Shown: piece after piece, positions 40,490-55,729 of the stretch
Position numbering within the stretch: position 1 is the stretch's first letter
Layout: each line of letters opens with the position of its first letter
Origin: the human T2T-CHM13v2.0 reference genome, Homo sapiens
Length of the DNA: 64,000 nt
Direction: 5' to 3' (one strand)
Assembly: GCF_009914755.1 (NCBI RefSeq)
Contig: NC_060936.1
Notes under the pieces: generated by a model
The model's database searches: none
What the model was told of the DNA's origin: nothing
What the model saw: only the letters and a program-made list of their open reading frames with translations
Program-made: the position numbers and the translations under genes

Positions 40490-41390
40490 TCTCTTCCAAT
40501 TCAAACTTTTAGAGAGAATAGGTTATACCCATTCTTTCCAATGTTCGTTCATTCTTTCATTCACTGCTACTAAACAACTACTATTGGACTTCAGCTTCTA
40601 ATACACTGCAACTTTTGTCATCACGAACAATCTTAGAACAGCCAAATCCAGCTAGACCATCACTGTCATTCACTTTTTTTCTTTGTGACCTTTGACATGG
40701 TTAAACATTCTAATCTTTGAAACACCCAAATCCTGCTTATCTTCATTTTCCTTTACAACCTTTTCTCCACATTACTACTAGAAAGAGCTTTCTAAAATAG
40801 ACATATGACCAACTTTTTAAAATCATTCAGCTGCTCCTCATAGTTGTCAAAATAAAGATTTCATTCTTTTGAAGTCTGTGATATCATTCTTTCCTGGATT
40901 TCCCTCCACGAAGCTCTCCTGTGTTCATTGTAGTCTTCCTTTTTGCTTACCCTGTGACTATTCATGTTTCACACAGCAGCATCCTAAGCTTTTATTCTTT
41001 TTTCCATTCTACACTCTCCTTGTGGAAACTCAAACATATCCATACATTTTATTAAAGTTTATGAGCCAGTAACTACCACATCTGTGTCTTTAATGCAGAT
41101 CTACCTGCTGAGCTCAAAATGATTAGTGGATTTCTCCATTTCAAACTCATCTTAAACTCAATATTTTCAAACCAGAATTTAGCTCTTCTAAATCTTCTCT
41201 TCCTCTGAATTAACTATCTTGATGAATGACTCCCACATAGACCTGGCTGTTCAACTCACATATAGAAAATCCCTAGAGGATTTTCTTATCTTTATATATA
41301 CCCAACATATTCATAATAGTTTTCATGTTTTAAAAATTCTCCCAATTTAATATATTTTACAGCTGCTTTAAACTGTTCGTCACTACTAAT
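40490..41390 (+). mobile_element. Scattered L2 fragments
   Basis: gccaaatccagctagaccatc, tttgacatggttaaacattc, agctttctaaaatagacatatgacca, cagatctacctgctgagctc and tcaaaccagaatt resemble L2; boundaries uncertain. Confidence 0.5.
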
Positions 41391-41689
41391 ACTATCCTAA
41401 TTCAGAATTTCCAGAGTTTATAAAATTCTTTAAGACCAGTAGAATATTTTTGAAAACAAAATGGCCCAAAGAAACCCACATATAACAGATAAAAGCACAT
41501 TTGTTCTGTTCAAGCAGAAGTGAAAGAAAATTCAAAGTTCTATTTATTTTACATTCCTCTTGCCTCCTGATGGGACTTCTGAGATACCCCTGTGGAGTTT
41601 TGGGATACAGAAAAAAATTTTTAATTTTTCTAAATAAAAATATATTATTGTATATAATAATTATTATTATTTTTATTATTATTATTTTC

Positions 41690-43752
41690 CTAAGTGAAAG
41701 AAGCCAGACCCCAAAGACTACAAAGTCTGTGTTTCCTTTATATGACATTCTAGGGAAGCAAAACTATAGGAATGAACAACAGATTATTGGTTTCCAGGCA
41801 TTAGACAAGAAGAGACTAGTTGATTACAAAAGTGCCACACAACAGAATTCTTAGGGTGATGGAACTGTTGTGTATGGTACTATGGCAGTGGATACCACTT
41901 TTCTTATTATCAGAGAAAGAATTTACAAATAAGCAAGGGGAAGACTAGAATGAACCTTGTGGTACTAGAGTAGAGTTGGAGGTAACAGCGTGAACTCATG
42001 TTAATGTTAATATACAGATAGACACAGAGTAAGTATATAGATATGTATGTATAAGCAGTTAGTATACAAACACTTACTTCCAAGTTCTGTCTGCTGAGAG
42101 AACCTAGAAGCAGTGATATCCTGGTATCAATGAGCACATCTAATCTAGATCTTATTTTTAAATACCATTCTCCAAAAAATAGTACCTATGCTCCTTGGAG
42201 AAATGGTTGATACCAGAGCTGAGCAGGAAAAATATAAAATGATCCTAGAGCACAGTGTAGAGCCAGAAAGTAAGGAAATGATAAAAGGAAAGAATGAAAA
42301 GAAAAAGACAAGGATATAGATAGAGGCATATCGAAAGGACACAAGAGCCTACCTGAAAGAGTTCCCAATAGCCAAAGCTGAAAAAATTTAAACACAATAA
42401 ATAACAACACTATTGGATTATAACCCAAAGAAAAAATAAGTGTCTATTTCTTATCTTGCCCTTATTAACTTATATACTCAATCATTCACTTTTATCAGTA
42501 TGAATAAGAATAAGGGAAGAAATAAATTTTCCTTACAGATGAATTCCAAATAGTGGATATGGAAGAAATGAGAGACAGAAAATTACCACTAAAACATCAT
42601 ATTAATACTTAGTAAAAACAATATCCACTAATGAATGCTATACTTTGTGGGTAAAACTTTAAAGAGAAACAGGATATTTGCACAGCCTCAAAGAATTTCT
42701 TCAAAAAATAATAATTACTGTGGTGGTTTTAACTACCTAAAAATTAATTGATATCTCTCCCTTTAGGAGGGGGAGCTTACTTGTCCTTCCCTTGGGTTTG
42801 GGCTGTCAAACTGATCTACTTCTAATACACAGAGTACAATAACAGAGTATAATAACAGAGATATCACTTTGACCAGGTGATCAAATTTAATATAATCAGT
42901 TATGTCATGTTGATATCATGTATGCCTTGACATGATAAGAAGGGCACTTCACATATGTAGTATTTCCACAGTTGAACCATTTAAAAAAGTCTCAAGTCTA
43001 ATAATAAACAAATATTAACCTAATCCAAATTGAGAGACATTGTATAAAATTCCTGACTAATGCATGTAACCCCAGCACTTTGGGAGGACGAAGCAAGAGG
43101 ATCACTTGAGTCCAGGAGCTTGAGACCAGCCTGAGCAACATAGTGAGATTCATCTCTACAAAAAAATGAAAATAAAAAATTAGCCGTGTATGGTGGCATG
43201 CACCTGTAGCACCAGCTATTCGGAAGGCTGAGGTGAGAGGATCACTTGAGCTCCAGAGGGAGGTCGACATTGCAGTGAGCCATGATTACACCACTGCACT
43301 CCAGCCTGGGTGACAGAGCAAGAGCCTGTCTCAAGGAAAAAAGAAGAAAAGAAGAAAAAAAGAAAAGAAAAGAAAAAAAGAAAAAGAAAAATTCCTGACC
43401 AGTATATTTTAAAAGTGTCAAGGTAATGAGAAACGAGAAAAATCTGAGAAGCTGTCACAGATTGTAGGGGACTAAGGAGACATGAGGACTAATGAAGTAT
43501 CAGGGGTTGGATCCTGGACCAGAAGAGAAACATTGGTGGAAAAATTGATGAAATGCACATAAAAGTCTGGGTTAGTCTGTCTTAGTTAATGGGTGGTGCA
43601 CCAATGTTAATCTCTTCATTTTGATAAATGTATCACGGTTCTGTAGGATGTTAATATTAGGGAAAGCTGAGCAAAGGGTATATGGAAACTCTTTATTCTA
43701 TCGTTGTAAGTCGTCATAATTTAAAGAATTTAAAAATAAAAAGTTAAAAAAT
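41690..43752 (+). mobile_element. Old L1 3' regions (L1MC/L1MD-type), interrupted by AluJ
   Basis: ctaagtgaaagaagccagac...tatatgacattct...gggtgatggaactgtt; ctgctgagagaacctagaagcagtga; gctccttggagaaatggttgat; ends gggtatatggaaactcttt...aaaataaaaagttaaaaaa. May be two elements. Confidence 0.8.
43060..43387 (+). mobile_element. AluJ, 5'-truncated, with (GAAAA)n tail
   Basis: Starts atgcatgtaaccccagcactttgggagg; J-type gaggatcacttgag. TSD aaaattcctgac at 43046-43057 and 43388-43399. Confidence 0.95.
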
Positions 43753-43769
43753 ACCCAAAAACATTGGTT

Positions 43770-44330
43770 TAAATTATTGCTTCCTAGTTTACAGTAATAA
43801 CCTCTCTATTGGTCTGTGTATCTTCATTTTTCCTTACAATCCATTCTCCACTTTACCACCAGAAAGATATTTCTAAAATGAAAAAATGACCATCTTTTAA
43901 ACAACGTTCAGTTGCTCCTCATAGCTTTCAAAATAAAGGTCAAATTTATTAGTTTATCCTTTTCTGTAGGATAACTCCCTTTCTTTAAAATATCACTATC
44001 ATTCCCAAGCACACACTTTGCTATTGTCTTTAAGAATTGCCAGAAGTTCCCCAAATATGTCAGGATGCTCCATAGCTTCGTATTACCACACATGCTGTTT
44101 CTTTTAAGGAAAATGTCCATCTCCTTTTATTCGTTCATTGCTTGTTCTTAGAAACTCTGCACAAACTTAACTGCTTCTTTAAAAGGTTTTCTTATATCAG
44201 TCTAAATAGTTTGTTCCCTTATCTGTACTCCCTTTGCAGATAGTCCAAAGTTGTATCATAAAATGTTTGCACTCTACTGTAATTATTCATTTACTTTTTT
44301 GTCTCTCTCCCTGAAGTCAAGGACCACGTA
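43770..44330 (+). mobile_element. L2 3' region
   Basis: caatccattctccactttaccaccagaaagatatttctaaaatg...cagttgctcctcatagc...ctgaagtcaaggaccacgta. Confidence 0.6.
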
Positions 44331-45500
<1,170 letters not shown>

Positions 45501-46031
45501 TTGGATGAGTTTCAGACATGCCAAAGTTCACACGTTGATAATCTGTAGTTAGGAATTTATATATAGCACAGGATTCCATTGAGACTCAATCTGGGATTCA
45601 ATTGGGAATTTGACAAAGGCTAAGGAAGGAAAAGTGGTTTATTTACTGTACAGTAAACAACAGGATCCATTAATGAAGTTTAGAGCATAGACCCCTGGTA
45701 GCTGGATATGAGGTGGGTATACCTCAGCCTCTCAAGTCCACAATAACTGAGGTTCCAGTTTATAAAAAAAGTTTTTAAATCCCAGTCAGAGTACCATATA
45801 GCTCAAGATTCATGTTGGAATCTGGAATGATTAGAGGTTTTTTCAGAAATTTGCAGTAGCCTGTGAATGGGCTTCCTAAGAATGGTTTCCAAGATGAGTA
45901 CTTAGAATTTGCATTTTTGTAGTTATATTTGGCTTTATATCTATATTTCCTTGAAAGTGACTTGCACATGGACCACTGGATATTATTAGAGTTTCCTGTA
46001 CAATAGTGAAAAATTTTTAAATGACATAAAT

Positions 46032-46464
46032 CATGGAATCAACCTAAACGCCCATCAGTAACAGACTAGATAAAGAAAATATGGTACATATACACCATGG
46101 GATACCATGCAGCCATGAAAAAGAATGAGATTATGTCTTTTGCATGAACACAGATGGAGCTGGAGACTATTATTCTTAGCAAATGAATGCAGGAACAGAA
46201 AACCAAATACCACATGTTCTCACTTATAAGTGAGAGCTAGATGACGAGAGCATGTGAACACAAAGAAGGAAACAACAGACACTAGAATCGACTTGAGCAT
46301 AGAGGGTGGAATGAGGGAGAGGAGCAGAAAAAATAACTATTGGGTACTGGACTTAATACCTGGGTGATGAAATAATCTGTGCAACAAACCCTGTGACATG
46401 CGTTTACCTATATAACAAACCTTCACACATACCCCGAACCTAAAATAAAAGTTAAACATAAATA
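46032..46464 (+). mobile_element. 5'-truncated older primate L1 3' end (L1PA12-15-like)
   Basis: catggaatcaacctaaacgcccatc...caggaacagaaaaccaaataccacatgttctcacttataagtg...cctaaaataaaagtt. TSD aaatgacataaat at 46019-46031 and 46465-46477. Confidence 0.93.
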
Positions 46465-48081
46465 AAATGACATAAATTCTTAATAATAGAGTTCTATCAT
46501 ATTATATTTATATGTTGAAATGTGCAGCCGGCTATTCAAAAACATTTTTATCTAAGACTACTAAATTATACTGGAAAAAATCATGATAAAATAAAGATGC
46601 AAAAATAGAATACAAACTGTATATGCACTATGAAAGCAATTTTATTTTTTAAAATGCGTGTATAAATACATACATATAAAGAAGACTGGAAAGTAAGTTA
46701 ATAATGTTTATCTTGAGTGATAGTTTATCTTGAATTGCAGGTGATTTTTCTTCTCTATTATACTTATCTGTTTTTCCCAAATCTCCTTCAATCCATGTGT
46801 ATCTGTTTTGTTGACATAAAAAAATAAAATAGCAATAAAACAAAAATAGCTTCAGTGGTTCAAATTGTCTAAATTCTTCCCCATCTGGGTCTGTGTTGGG
46901 CTACCCTGTGTACCAACCAAGTCTGGTGCTGGAAATGAATCCAAAGGTCCAAAACCAATGAATACCATTCTACAAGAGAAAGTCTAGAATGGGAAGTGTC
47001 ACGGGATTGGGTATCACTCAAGCGTCAAAAAAAAAACTTTGAGGAGAATTGATAACTAAAAATCACTGATGAATGTAGATGTCCAAATCTAAAAGGTTAA
47101 AAATGTAGCTTTAAATAGCAGACAGGGATAAGAGTCAGAACCAGTCAAATAAAGGATGAGAATAGGAGCAAGTTAGGAGGAAATTGGTGGGACCCTTGAG
47201 GATTGCCATGAATTCTCCAAAGTGGGCCTGGGGCTAATTTTTATTTTGGTTACTAGTCCTTGGGAGGTGAGGTTTGACTTAAACCCAGTGTTAAGTATCA
47301 AGGAGAGAGAGAAAACAGTTTTCAAAATACCCAGTTTCACTTTACCAAGTTTAATGTACTTTGGCAAACACCTATATTACCAGTCCTTTCTGTCACATCC
47401 TCATTTATCAAGATTTTTGAAGGTCTAGCTCAAGTTTGACCTCCCCTCTGAAACCTTCCCCAGTCCCCCAGTTGGATGTGATTTCTCACTACCTCCTTTA
47501 AAGTCCTGCGGATTTTATTTATGCTATTTGTAAGGAACACAAGTTTGTCAGCACTATGAAATATCAAACCGTCTTTTCAGGTTTGATAACTTACAGAAGC
47601 TTGGCTTGACATATATTAGGCTGCTTTATGTGACACATTGTGTAACTTTTAGTGAACTAGCTAAGTGACAAAGCGCTACAGATATACACACAATTATTAA
47701 GAGGAAAATGATAAGGAAGTGTGTCACCAATTGCAAATATACTCCTCTTGGAAGCTATACTTCATCTTAGTAGCTAATACTTTCACATACCAACTAGGTC
47801 CTCTCCTGCTTGCTTTTGAGTCATAAATTATTTTGTAAAAACTGGCATGCTTCCCACTGTCAAAGTTTACACATTAAATTATAATCTAGAACATTTCCTT
47901 TACTTAGACTGGTAAAATTTAATTTAGGCCACTAGGCCACTGACATTTCCCAGTTAATCATGTAACAATAATGCTGTTGAGGTGAGGGCAGAGGAGAGAC
48001 AGGATAGGCTGTCACACTTTCATTTTAAAGAAATAGATATATCAGCAAATTATGGCAATTGCTGCTTTTTCTCACCCTGTA

Positions 48082-48207
48082 TTTTTTTTTTTTTTTTTGA
48101 GACGGAGTCTCACTGTGTCGTCCAGGCTGGAGCGCAGTGGCGTGATCTCGGCTCACTGCAAGCTCTGCCTCCCCGGTTCACGCCATTCTCCTGCCTCAGC
48201 CTCCTGA
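48082..48207 (-). mobile_element. 5'-truncated AluY (part of right arm and poly-A)
   Basis: T17, then gagacggagtctc...ctgcaagctctgcc...ttcacgccattctcctgcctcagcctcctga, then an abrupt end. Confidence 0.93.
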
Positions 48208-49262
48208 TATGTTTTTAAATTAATGGAATGACTCTAATATTTTTGATTCCTAGAATTTTTTCTTCTGGCATTTGGTGGCCTTTTGATGAAGTGGTGCCAC
48301 GGTTTGATTACGTTGTGTTGTCTCGATTAACTTGCAAATTGACTTTCCATTCTTTTCTATTTCTAATCAACTGTGTACTTTGAAATGAAATTTTGACTCC
48401 TCCCATAACAAAGGCTTTAATTCTTTTAATAATTTTTTTACTTGACTTTCATTAGGAAGTCCTACAGACACCTTAAACTCAAATAAATAGAATCATTGGA
48501 TTTTCCTCATTCTGCTTCTTCTCCTATAACATCTCTTTTGTAGAGACTAGGAATTACTCCAATTCTCTCTTTCTCACGTCCCACACACAATCAATCACCA
48601 AATCTTCTCATGCCAAACCAAAAATTAATTACAAATAAAATACAAACGGCAGAGATTTTAGATAGTCAATACATAATACCTCCTTTTCCTTTTCTAGTGC
48701 AGAATCAATTGAGAAATAGAATGCCAGAAAGAGGAGACTATAGCATTATCTTAATTGCTACCCAACTCTTAAAGTAGTGTGAGGGCTAAATGGACCAATT
48801 AGAATGTCTTGGTAGCCCGTGTCACCTCTTGTACCTCCCATCTATGTCTGAGGAAAGTTCTCCTGTGAGCGAACTTGGTATTCAATAGTTAACCTAAGCT
48901 CTTTGCTTCCCTGCCTGTCTGGTGGAGAAAGGAGAAAAGATTAAAATCCTCAGTGATCATGGATGATTGACATAATATATGAACTAATGACTTTCAATCA
49001 TCAATAGAACGTTACATATTCTTCATGGGGAAGAGTGAATAAGAGATCAGGCAAGAGACCAGGATCGCAGCTAGGGAAGTCTGTCAGCTAGAAACAGGAA
49101 AAATTGAAAATACCTTAACTTGTCTGTAATGAGAGATTGGAGGAAAACAGGGAGTGATGGTAATAAAGAGTGGAGATTATTTCAAGAAGAAAATCATTAA
49201 ACAGAGTGCTAATTCCACCCTTACACATGACACTCTGCCTAGAATTCTCTGAGATCATAGTT

Positions 49263-51516
49263 GTTTTTAATTTCAATTGTTTTTGAGAAACACATGGTGT
49301 TTGGCTGCATGGATAAGTTCTTTAGTGGTGTTTTCTGAGATTTTGGTGCACCCATCACTTCAGCAGTGTACACTGCATTCAGTGTCTAGTCTTTTATCCC
49401 TCACCCCTTCCCACCCTTTCCCCCAAGTTCCCAAAGTCCATTGTATCATTCTTATGCCTTTTTGTCCGCATACTTTAGCTCCCACTTATAAGTGAGAAGG
49501 TATGATGTTTGGTTTTCCATTCCTGAGTTACTTCACTAAGAATAATGATCTCCAACTCCATCCAGGTTGCTGAAAATGACATTATTTTGTTCCTTTTTAT
49601 GTTGAGTAGTATCCCATGGTGTGTTTGTGTGCGTGTGTGTATCACATTTTATTTATCTACTCATTGATTGGTGGGCATTTGGGCTTGTTCCATATTTTTT
49701 GCGATTGCAAATTGTGCTGCTATAAACATGCATGTGCAAGTGCCTTTTTCATATAATGACTTCTTTTCCTCTGGTGGATACCCAATAGTGGGGTTGATGG
49801 ATCAAATGGTAGATCTACTTTTAGTTCATTAAGGAATCTCCATACTGTTTTCTGTAGTGGTTGTACTAGTCTACATTACCACTAACATTGTAAAAGTGTT
49901 TCATTTTCACTGTGTTCCCTGTGTCTACACCTATTTTTTTTCATTTTTAGTTATAGCCATTCTTTCAGGAGTAAGGTGGTATCTTATGGTTTTGATTTGC
50001 ATTTCCCTGATAATTAGTCATGTTAAGCATTTTTAAATGTCTGTTGGCCATTTGTATAACTTCTTTTGAGAATTGTCTATCCATGTCCTTAGCTCACCTT
50101 CTGATGGGATTATGAATTAAAAACAAAAATCATATGATCATCTCAATAGATGCAGAAAAAGCACTTGAGAAAATCCAACATCTCTTATGATTAAAACCCT
50201 CAGCAAAATAGGCATAGAAGGGACATACCTTAAGGTAATAAAAGCCATCTGTGACAAACCTACAGCCAACATTATACTGAAAGGGAAAAAGTTGAAAGCA
50301 TTCCCCCTGAGAATGGGAACAACAAAAGGATGCCCACTTTTACCACTTCTATTCAACGCAGTACTGGAAGTCCTAGCCAGAGAAATCAGACAAGAGAAAG
50401 AAATCAAGGGCATCCAAATCAGTAAAGAGGAAGTCAAACTGTCACTGTCCATCGTTGGTATGATCATATACCTAGAAAACCCTAAAGACTCATCCAAAAA
50501 GCTCCTAGATTAGATAAATAAATTCAGCAAAGTTTCAGGATACAAAATCAAAGTTAACATATCAGTAGCACTGCTATATACCAACAACGACCAAGTTGAA
50601 AATTAAATCAAGAACTCAACCCCTTTTATAATAGCTGCAAAAAAAATATTTAGGAACAAACCTAACCAAGGAGGTGAAAGACCTCTACAACAAAAACTAC
50701 AAAACACTGCTGAAAGAAATCATAGATGACCCAAACAAATGGAAACACATGCCATGCTCATGGATGAGTGGAATCAATATTGTGAAAATGACAATATTGC
50801 CAAAAGCAGTCTATAAATTCAATACAATTCTCATCAAAATACCACCTTCATTGCAGAACTAGAAAAAACAATCTTAATATTCACAGGGAACCAAAAAAGA
50901 GCCTGCATAGCCAAAGCAAGACTAAGCAAAAAGAACAAATCTGGAGGTGTCACGTTACCTGACTTTAAATTATATTACGAGGCCATAGTCACCAAAACAG
51001 CATGGTACTGATATCAAAATAGGCACATAGACCAAAGGAACAAAATAAAGAATCCAGATATAACACCAAATACTTACAGCTATCTGATCGTCGACAAAAC
51101 AAACAAAAACATAAAATGAGGAAAGGACACCCTATTCTACAAATGGTGCTGTGATATTGGCAAGCCACAGGTAGAAGAATGAAACTAGATCCTCATCTCT
51201 CACCCTACACAAAAATGAACCCAAGATGGATCAAAGCTTTGAGTCTAAGACCTGAAACCATAAAAATTCTAAAAGATACCATCGGAAAAACACTTCTAGA
51301 CATGGGCTTAGGCAAAGACTTTATTACCAAGAACCCAAAATCAAATGAAACAAAAACAAAGATAAATAGATGGGAGTTAAGTGAACTAAAAATCTTCTGC
51401 AAAGCAAAAGGAAAATCAGTAAACAGACAACCCACAGAGTGGGAGAAAATATTTGCATACTATGCATCTGACAAAGGACTAATATCCAGAATCTACAATG
51501 AACTCAGACTAACCAG
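49263..51516 (-). mobile_element. L1PB-type element with 5' inversion (3' part on minus at 49263-50113; inverted ORF2 part on plus at 50114-51516)
   Basis: L1PB-type 3' UTR (gataagttctttagtggtg...gattttggtgcacccatcac) on minus; ORF2 peptides [31 protein letters not shown] and [11 protein letters not shown] on plus. Confidence 0.95.
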
Positions 51517-51930
51517 TGGCATCATACTCTTCCTAACAAGCTCATATTTCTCCTTGAAGGCTCAGATAAGTGACATCTCTGTGAGAGCTCTGATTTGTGT
51601 AGGGAGAAGGCAGTTAGTTCTCTATCACCTACCTTTGCAATTGCAATTGATACATGTCTTTTAGAATTTACAATATTTCAATGTAATCTTTTATATTTCT
51701 TTTATTCATACCACAATAGGATTTTTTTCTAAAACAGAGATAATACACTGCACTATAAATGACCAGTACACTTTTTGCTTAAGAATGTTTATCACCACAT
51801 AAATAGCAAAAATAAACAAAATAAATATCTACAATTGGAAATGACCTAATATCCATTGTATGAACAAATGTAATGGATTATGTTACAACCACAAATGGAA
51901 TACAAAACAGCTTCTAAAAGTTATATTTTA

Positions 51931-52241
<311 letters not shown>

Positions 52242-52385
52242 TTAATAATGTGAGAAAAAAGAACGCAAACTCTGATAACATAGGTGGGAGAAAAGAAATT
52301 GTTTATAAAATTACATATCAATATTTAAAATTTACATACATACATGTAAAATATACACATATATGTATGTATTTATTCCCTCATC

Positions 52386-52692
52386 TTTTTAGAGATTTGA
52401 CAAAAATTGTACATATTTAAGATGTACAATGTAGTATTTTGATACAATGTATGGTGATTATCACAATCAAGATAATTAACATATCCATCAATTCATACAG
52501 TTACTATTGTGTATTTGTGTGTTTGTGTGTGTGTGTGTGTATGGTGAGAGCACTTAAAACCTACTCTCTTAGCAAATACCAAGTATATAATTCATTATTA
52601 AATACATTATTACATTATTATTATTAACTATAATCACCATGCTGTACAACTAATCTCATTTTATCTTATAATTAACAGTGCGTACCTTGACC
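52386..52692 (-). mobile_element. L1MA8/9-type 3' end with (TG)n
   Basis: aattgtacatatttaagatgtacaatg...aattaacatatccatca...tgtgtgtatggtgagagcacttaaaacctactctcttagcaaat...caccatgctgtaca. Confidence 0.82.
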
Positions 52693-53163
52693 TTGTTTGA
52701 TTTGGGTCAAAGGGTACAAACACATTTTTTATAGAAAACATACCATAATTTTAGCCATGTTTATTATGAGTATTATTTCCTTCTTCACACTTTTCAATTT
52801 TTTCCAAATAATAAACATTAGAAAAACAATGAATATTATCGCAAAGCTAAATGACTATCTAAATCAGCATTCATTGGTTTCCTTTCTTGATTGCATACTG
52901 CTCCTCACACTGCAGGCATTCAGTGAATTTTGGTGAATTGTGAGGAATACTGGGGCCGTTGGCTTGTTGAGAACTTCTTAAAACTTTCAGCCATTCTATT
53001 CCTATAAATTCTCTGGTGAGTTGATTTGAAAATTTTTGACATACTTAATTTTTTTTTTCATATTTCCAAGATAGGGCACCAGAATATCATTGTTGGCTTT
53101 ACCTATCTGTTCTTCCCCTTTAAATAAAAAACACTAAACTGCTTCCTGTCATCTGAGAGATGA

Positions 53164-53522
<359 letters not shown>

Positions 53523-53691
53523 GACTATCTGCCAATTCTTAAGTAAAACATATCTTTTTGACTTTTACATATCCAAATGGGATATTTTGAGTTGGCCTTC
53601 CAGTGTCTGTTCATTTTCTTTTTCTATGTTTATTTCTCAGCTATACCACCCATCCCATACAGCTTTCATTTTGGGTATCCATATCAGAGTA

Positions 53692-54050
53692 TAGATGCTC
53701 CTTGACTTATGTTGCGGTTATGTCCTGATAAACTCATTGCAAGTTGAAAATATATAAGATGAAAATGCATCGAATACACCTAACCTAGCAAACATCATAA
53801 TTTAGCCTACCCTACCTTAAATGTGTTCAGAACACTTATATTGGCCTACATTTGGGCAAAATCATATAACATCAAGCCTATTTTCTAATAAAGTGTTGAA
53901 TATCTCCTGTAATTTATTGAATAGTTCACTGAAAGTGAAAAACAGAATGGTTGTATAAGTATTGGAAGTCTAGTTTCTCCTGAATGTGTATTGCTTTTGA
54001 ACCACCATAAAGTAAAAAAAAAAAAAATCATTTAATTCAGGGACTGTCTG
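53692..54050 (+). mobile_element. MER47A TcMar-Tigger MITE
   Basis: TA|tagatgctccttgacttatg...cagggactgtctg|TA; internal aatacacctaacct, ttgggcaaaatcat, ctgaaagtgaaaaacagaatggttgta. Confidence 0.9.
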
Positions 54051-54688
54051 TAGTTCATTAAGAAGGTTAATGTATCTAAATACAGTCTATCCAGGCTTAT
54101 CTTCATGGGACTTGGTTATCTTTGTTTTTCATATGAAGAGGTATAATTGGCCAGTTTCCTGTAAAGCTGAAAAAGCCCAGTATCTCTTGAAATAAAATAC
54201 TTTGCTTTTGTACAGTGTAAGTTGATTAAATTGTTGCCTTTTTTCCCTATGTATCTTTCTTATAAACTTGCTTTGTTAAAAATGTTAATTTTTTCACATT
54301 TTCCTTGTATTTTTCATTTTGAGTTTCTTTTACAAGGCTTCTCTTTATTGACAGTATATTTACTTAACTCTTTTTGTTGATCAGCACAAGTCATTTTGGG
54401 AAGCTGCCCATTATAGAGGGCAGCTAAGCACACTCTTCAAATTAATACAAAAATCTGTGGCCAAGTGAATATTTGATGTAAATGTGAAATTCTTCATGCT
54501 TGCCAATGAAAATCTGTCTTTTTAATCAAACTACTTTTCTTCTTGGTTAATAGAATCATAATAGTAAACTCCTTTCATTTTTTTTCTCAGTCTCCTCGAT
54601 TTGAATGTTGTTACCTTATTATTCTTTATCTCATGATTTTCTTTTGTTTCTTAAATGTCAGAATATACCTGTAATTCCAGTTCCCTGG

Positions 54689-55257
54689 TGTGGCTGGCAG
54701 CCTCTAACAGAACTCTCAATGATTTCTGTTTCCTGGAGTTCCCCTCCTTTTGAGTGTGGGTTGAATTTAGTGACTCACTTCTAATGAATAGAATGTGGCA
54801 GAAGTAAGTGATGAGATGTCACTTACAAGATTAGGATAAAAAGACATTGTGGCTTCTGTCCTGGCACCCTCTTGCTCTCTCACTTGCTCACTCTAAGAAA
54901 AGCCAACTAGCATGGAGATTTTTTTCATAGCTTCCCTAAGAAGATAATCATTTAACAAGGGACAGGCGAGGCTTCTAGCCAACAGCCAGTAAAGAGCTGA
55001 GGTCATCAGTTCAATACCCCATGAGAAACTGAATCCTATCAACAACCATGTGAGGGAGCTAGGAAATATTTCCCCTCTCAGCTGAGCCTTCAAATGCGAC
55101 CATAGTGTCAGTTGACACCATCGCTACAACCTCATGTAAGCGTACTTGCATTCCTGATCCACAGAGTGAGATAATAAATGGAATGAGATAATAAATGTGT
55201 GAGTTTTTTGAGACAATTCTGAAATAAAATATTATGAATCAATAGATAACTAAAACA
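54689..55257 (+). mobile_element. MaLR solo LTR, MLT1F-like
   Basis: tgtggctggcagcctctaa...gagtgtgggttgaatttagtgactcacttctaatgaatagaat...gaaactgaatcctatcaacaaccatgtgag...caatagataactaaaaca. Confidence 0.82.
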
Positions 55258-55729
55258 CTTTGCCACATATATTTTCTGATATTCATGTATAAGGGAAGTT
55301 TTACAAGTATATTACTATGATCATTTCACCTTACAAATGGGAAAGATTTGAAAATTACAAGATGTTGGAATGTAAGTTCAGAAGATACCATTTTGAGTAA
55401 AAGATATAGATATGATTGTGCATTGTCCAGCAAGTAATTGCTGAAAATTTCTAATTCCTAATGAAAACATTGAACCAACAAGATGTAGACTTCCTGCACC
55501 TAATGAGCTAAATATGGAAATGCATGAGTCAATGGGAAATCAGCTCTCACTTCTTATGAAGTAACCCTGAGAAATGTGAAGCAAAGAAAATATGATGGCT
55601 GTTTCTATCAACACGAGCTTAAAGAGGGTGGAAAGAACTCTAATACTGAAACCTAGTCATAGGTCAAGGCTGCAGAATTCGCCCCATTTCCATTTTGCTG
55701 ATTCATATCAGTCAGATATGACTATGCCA

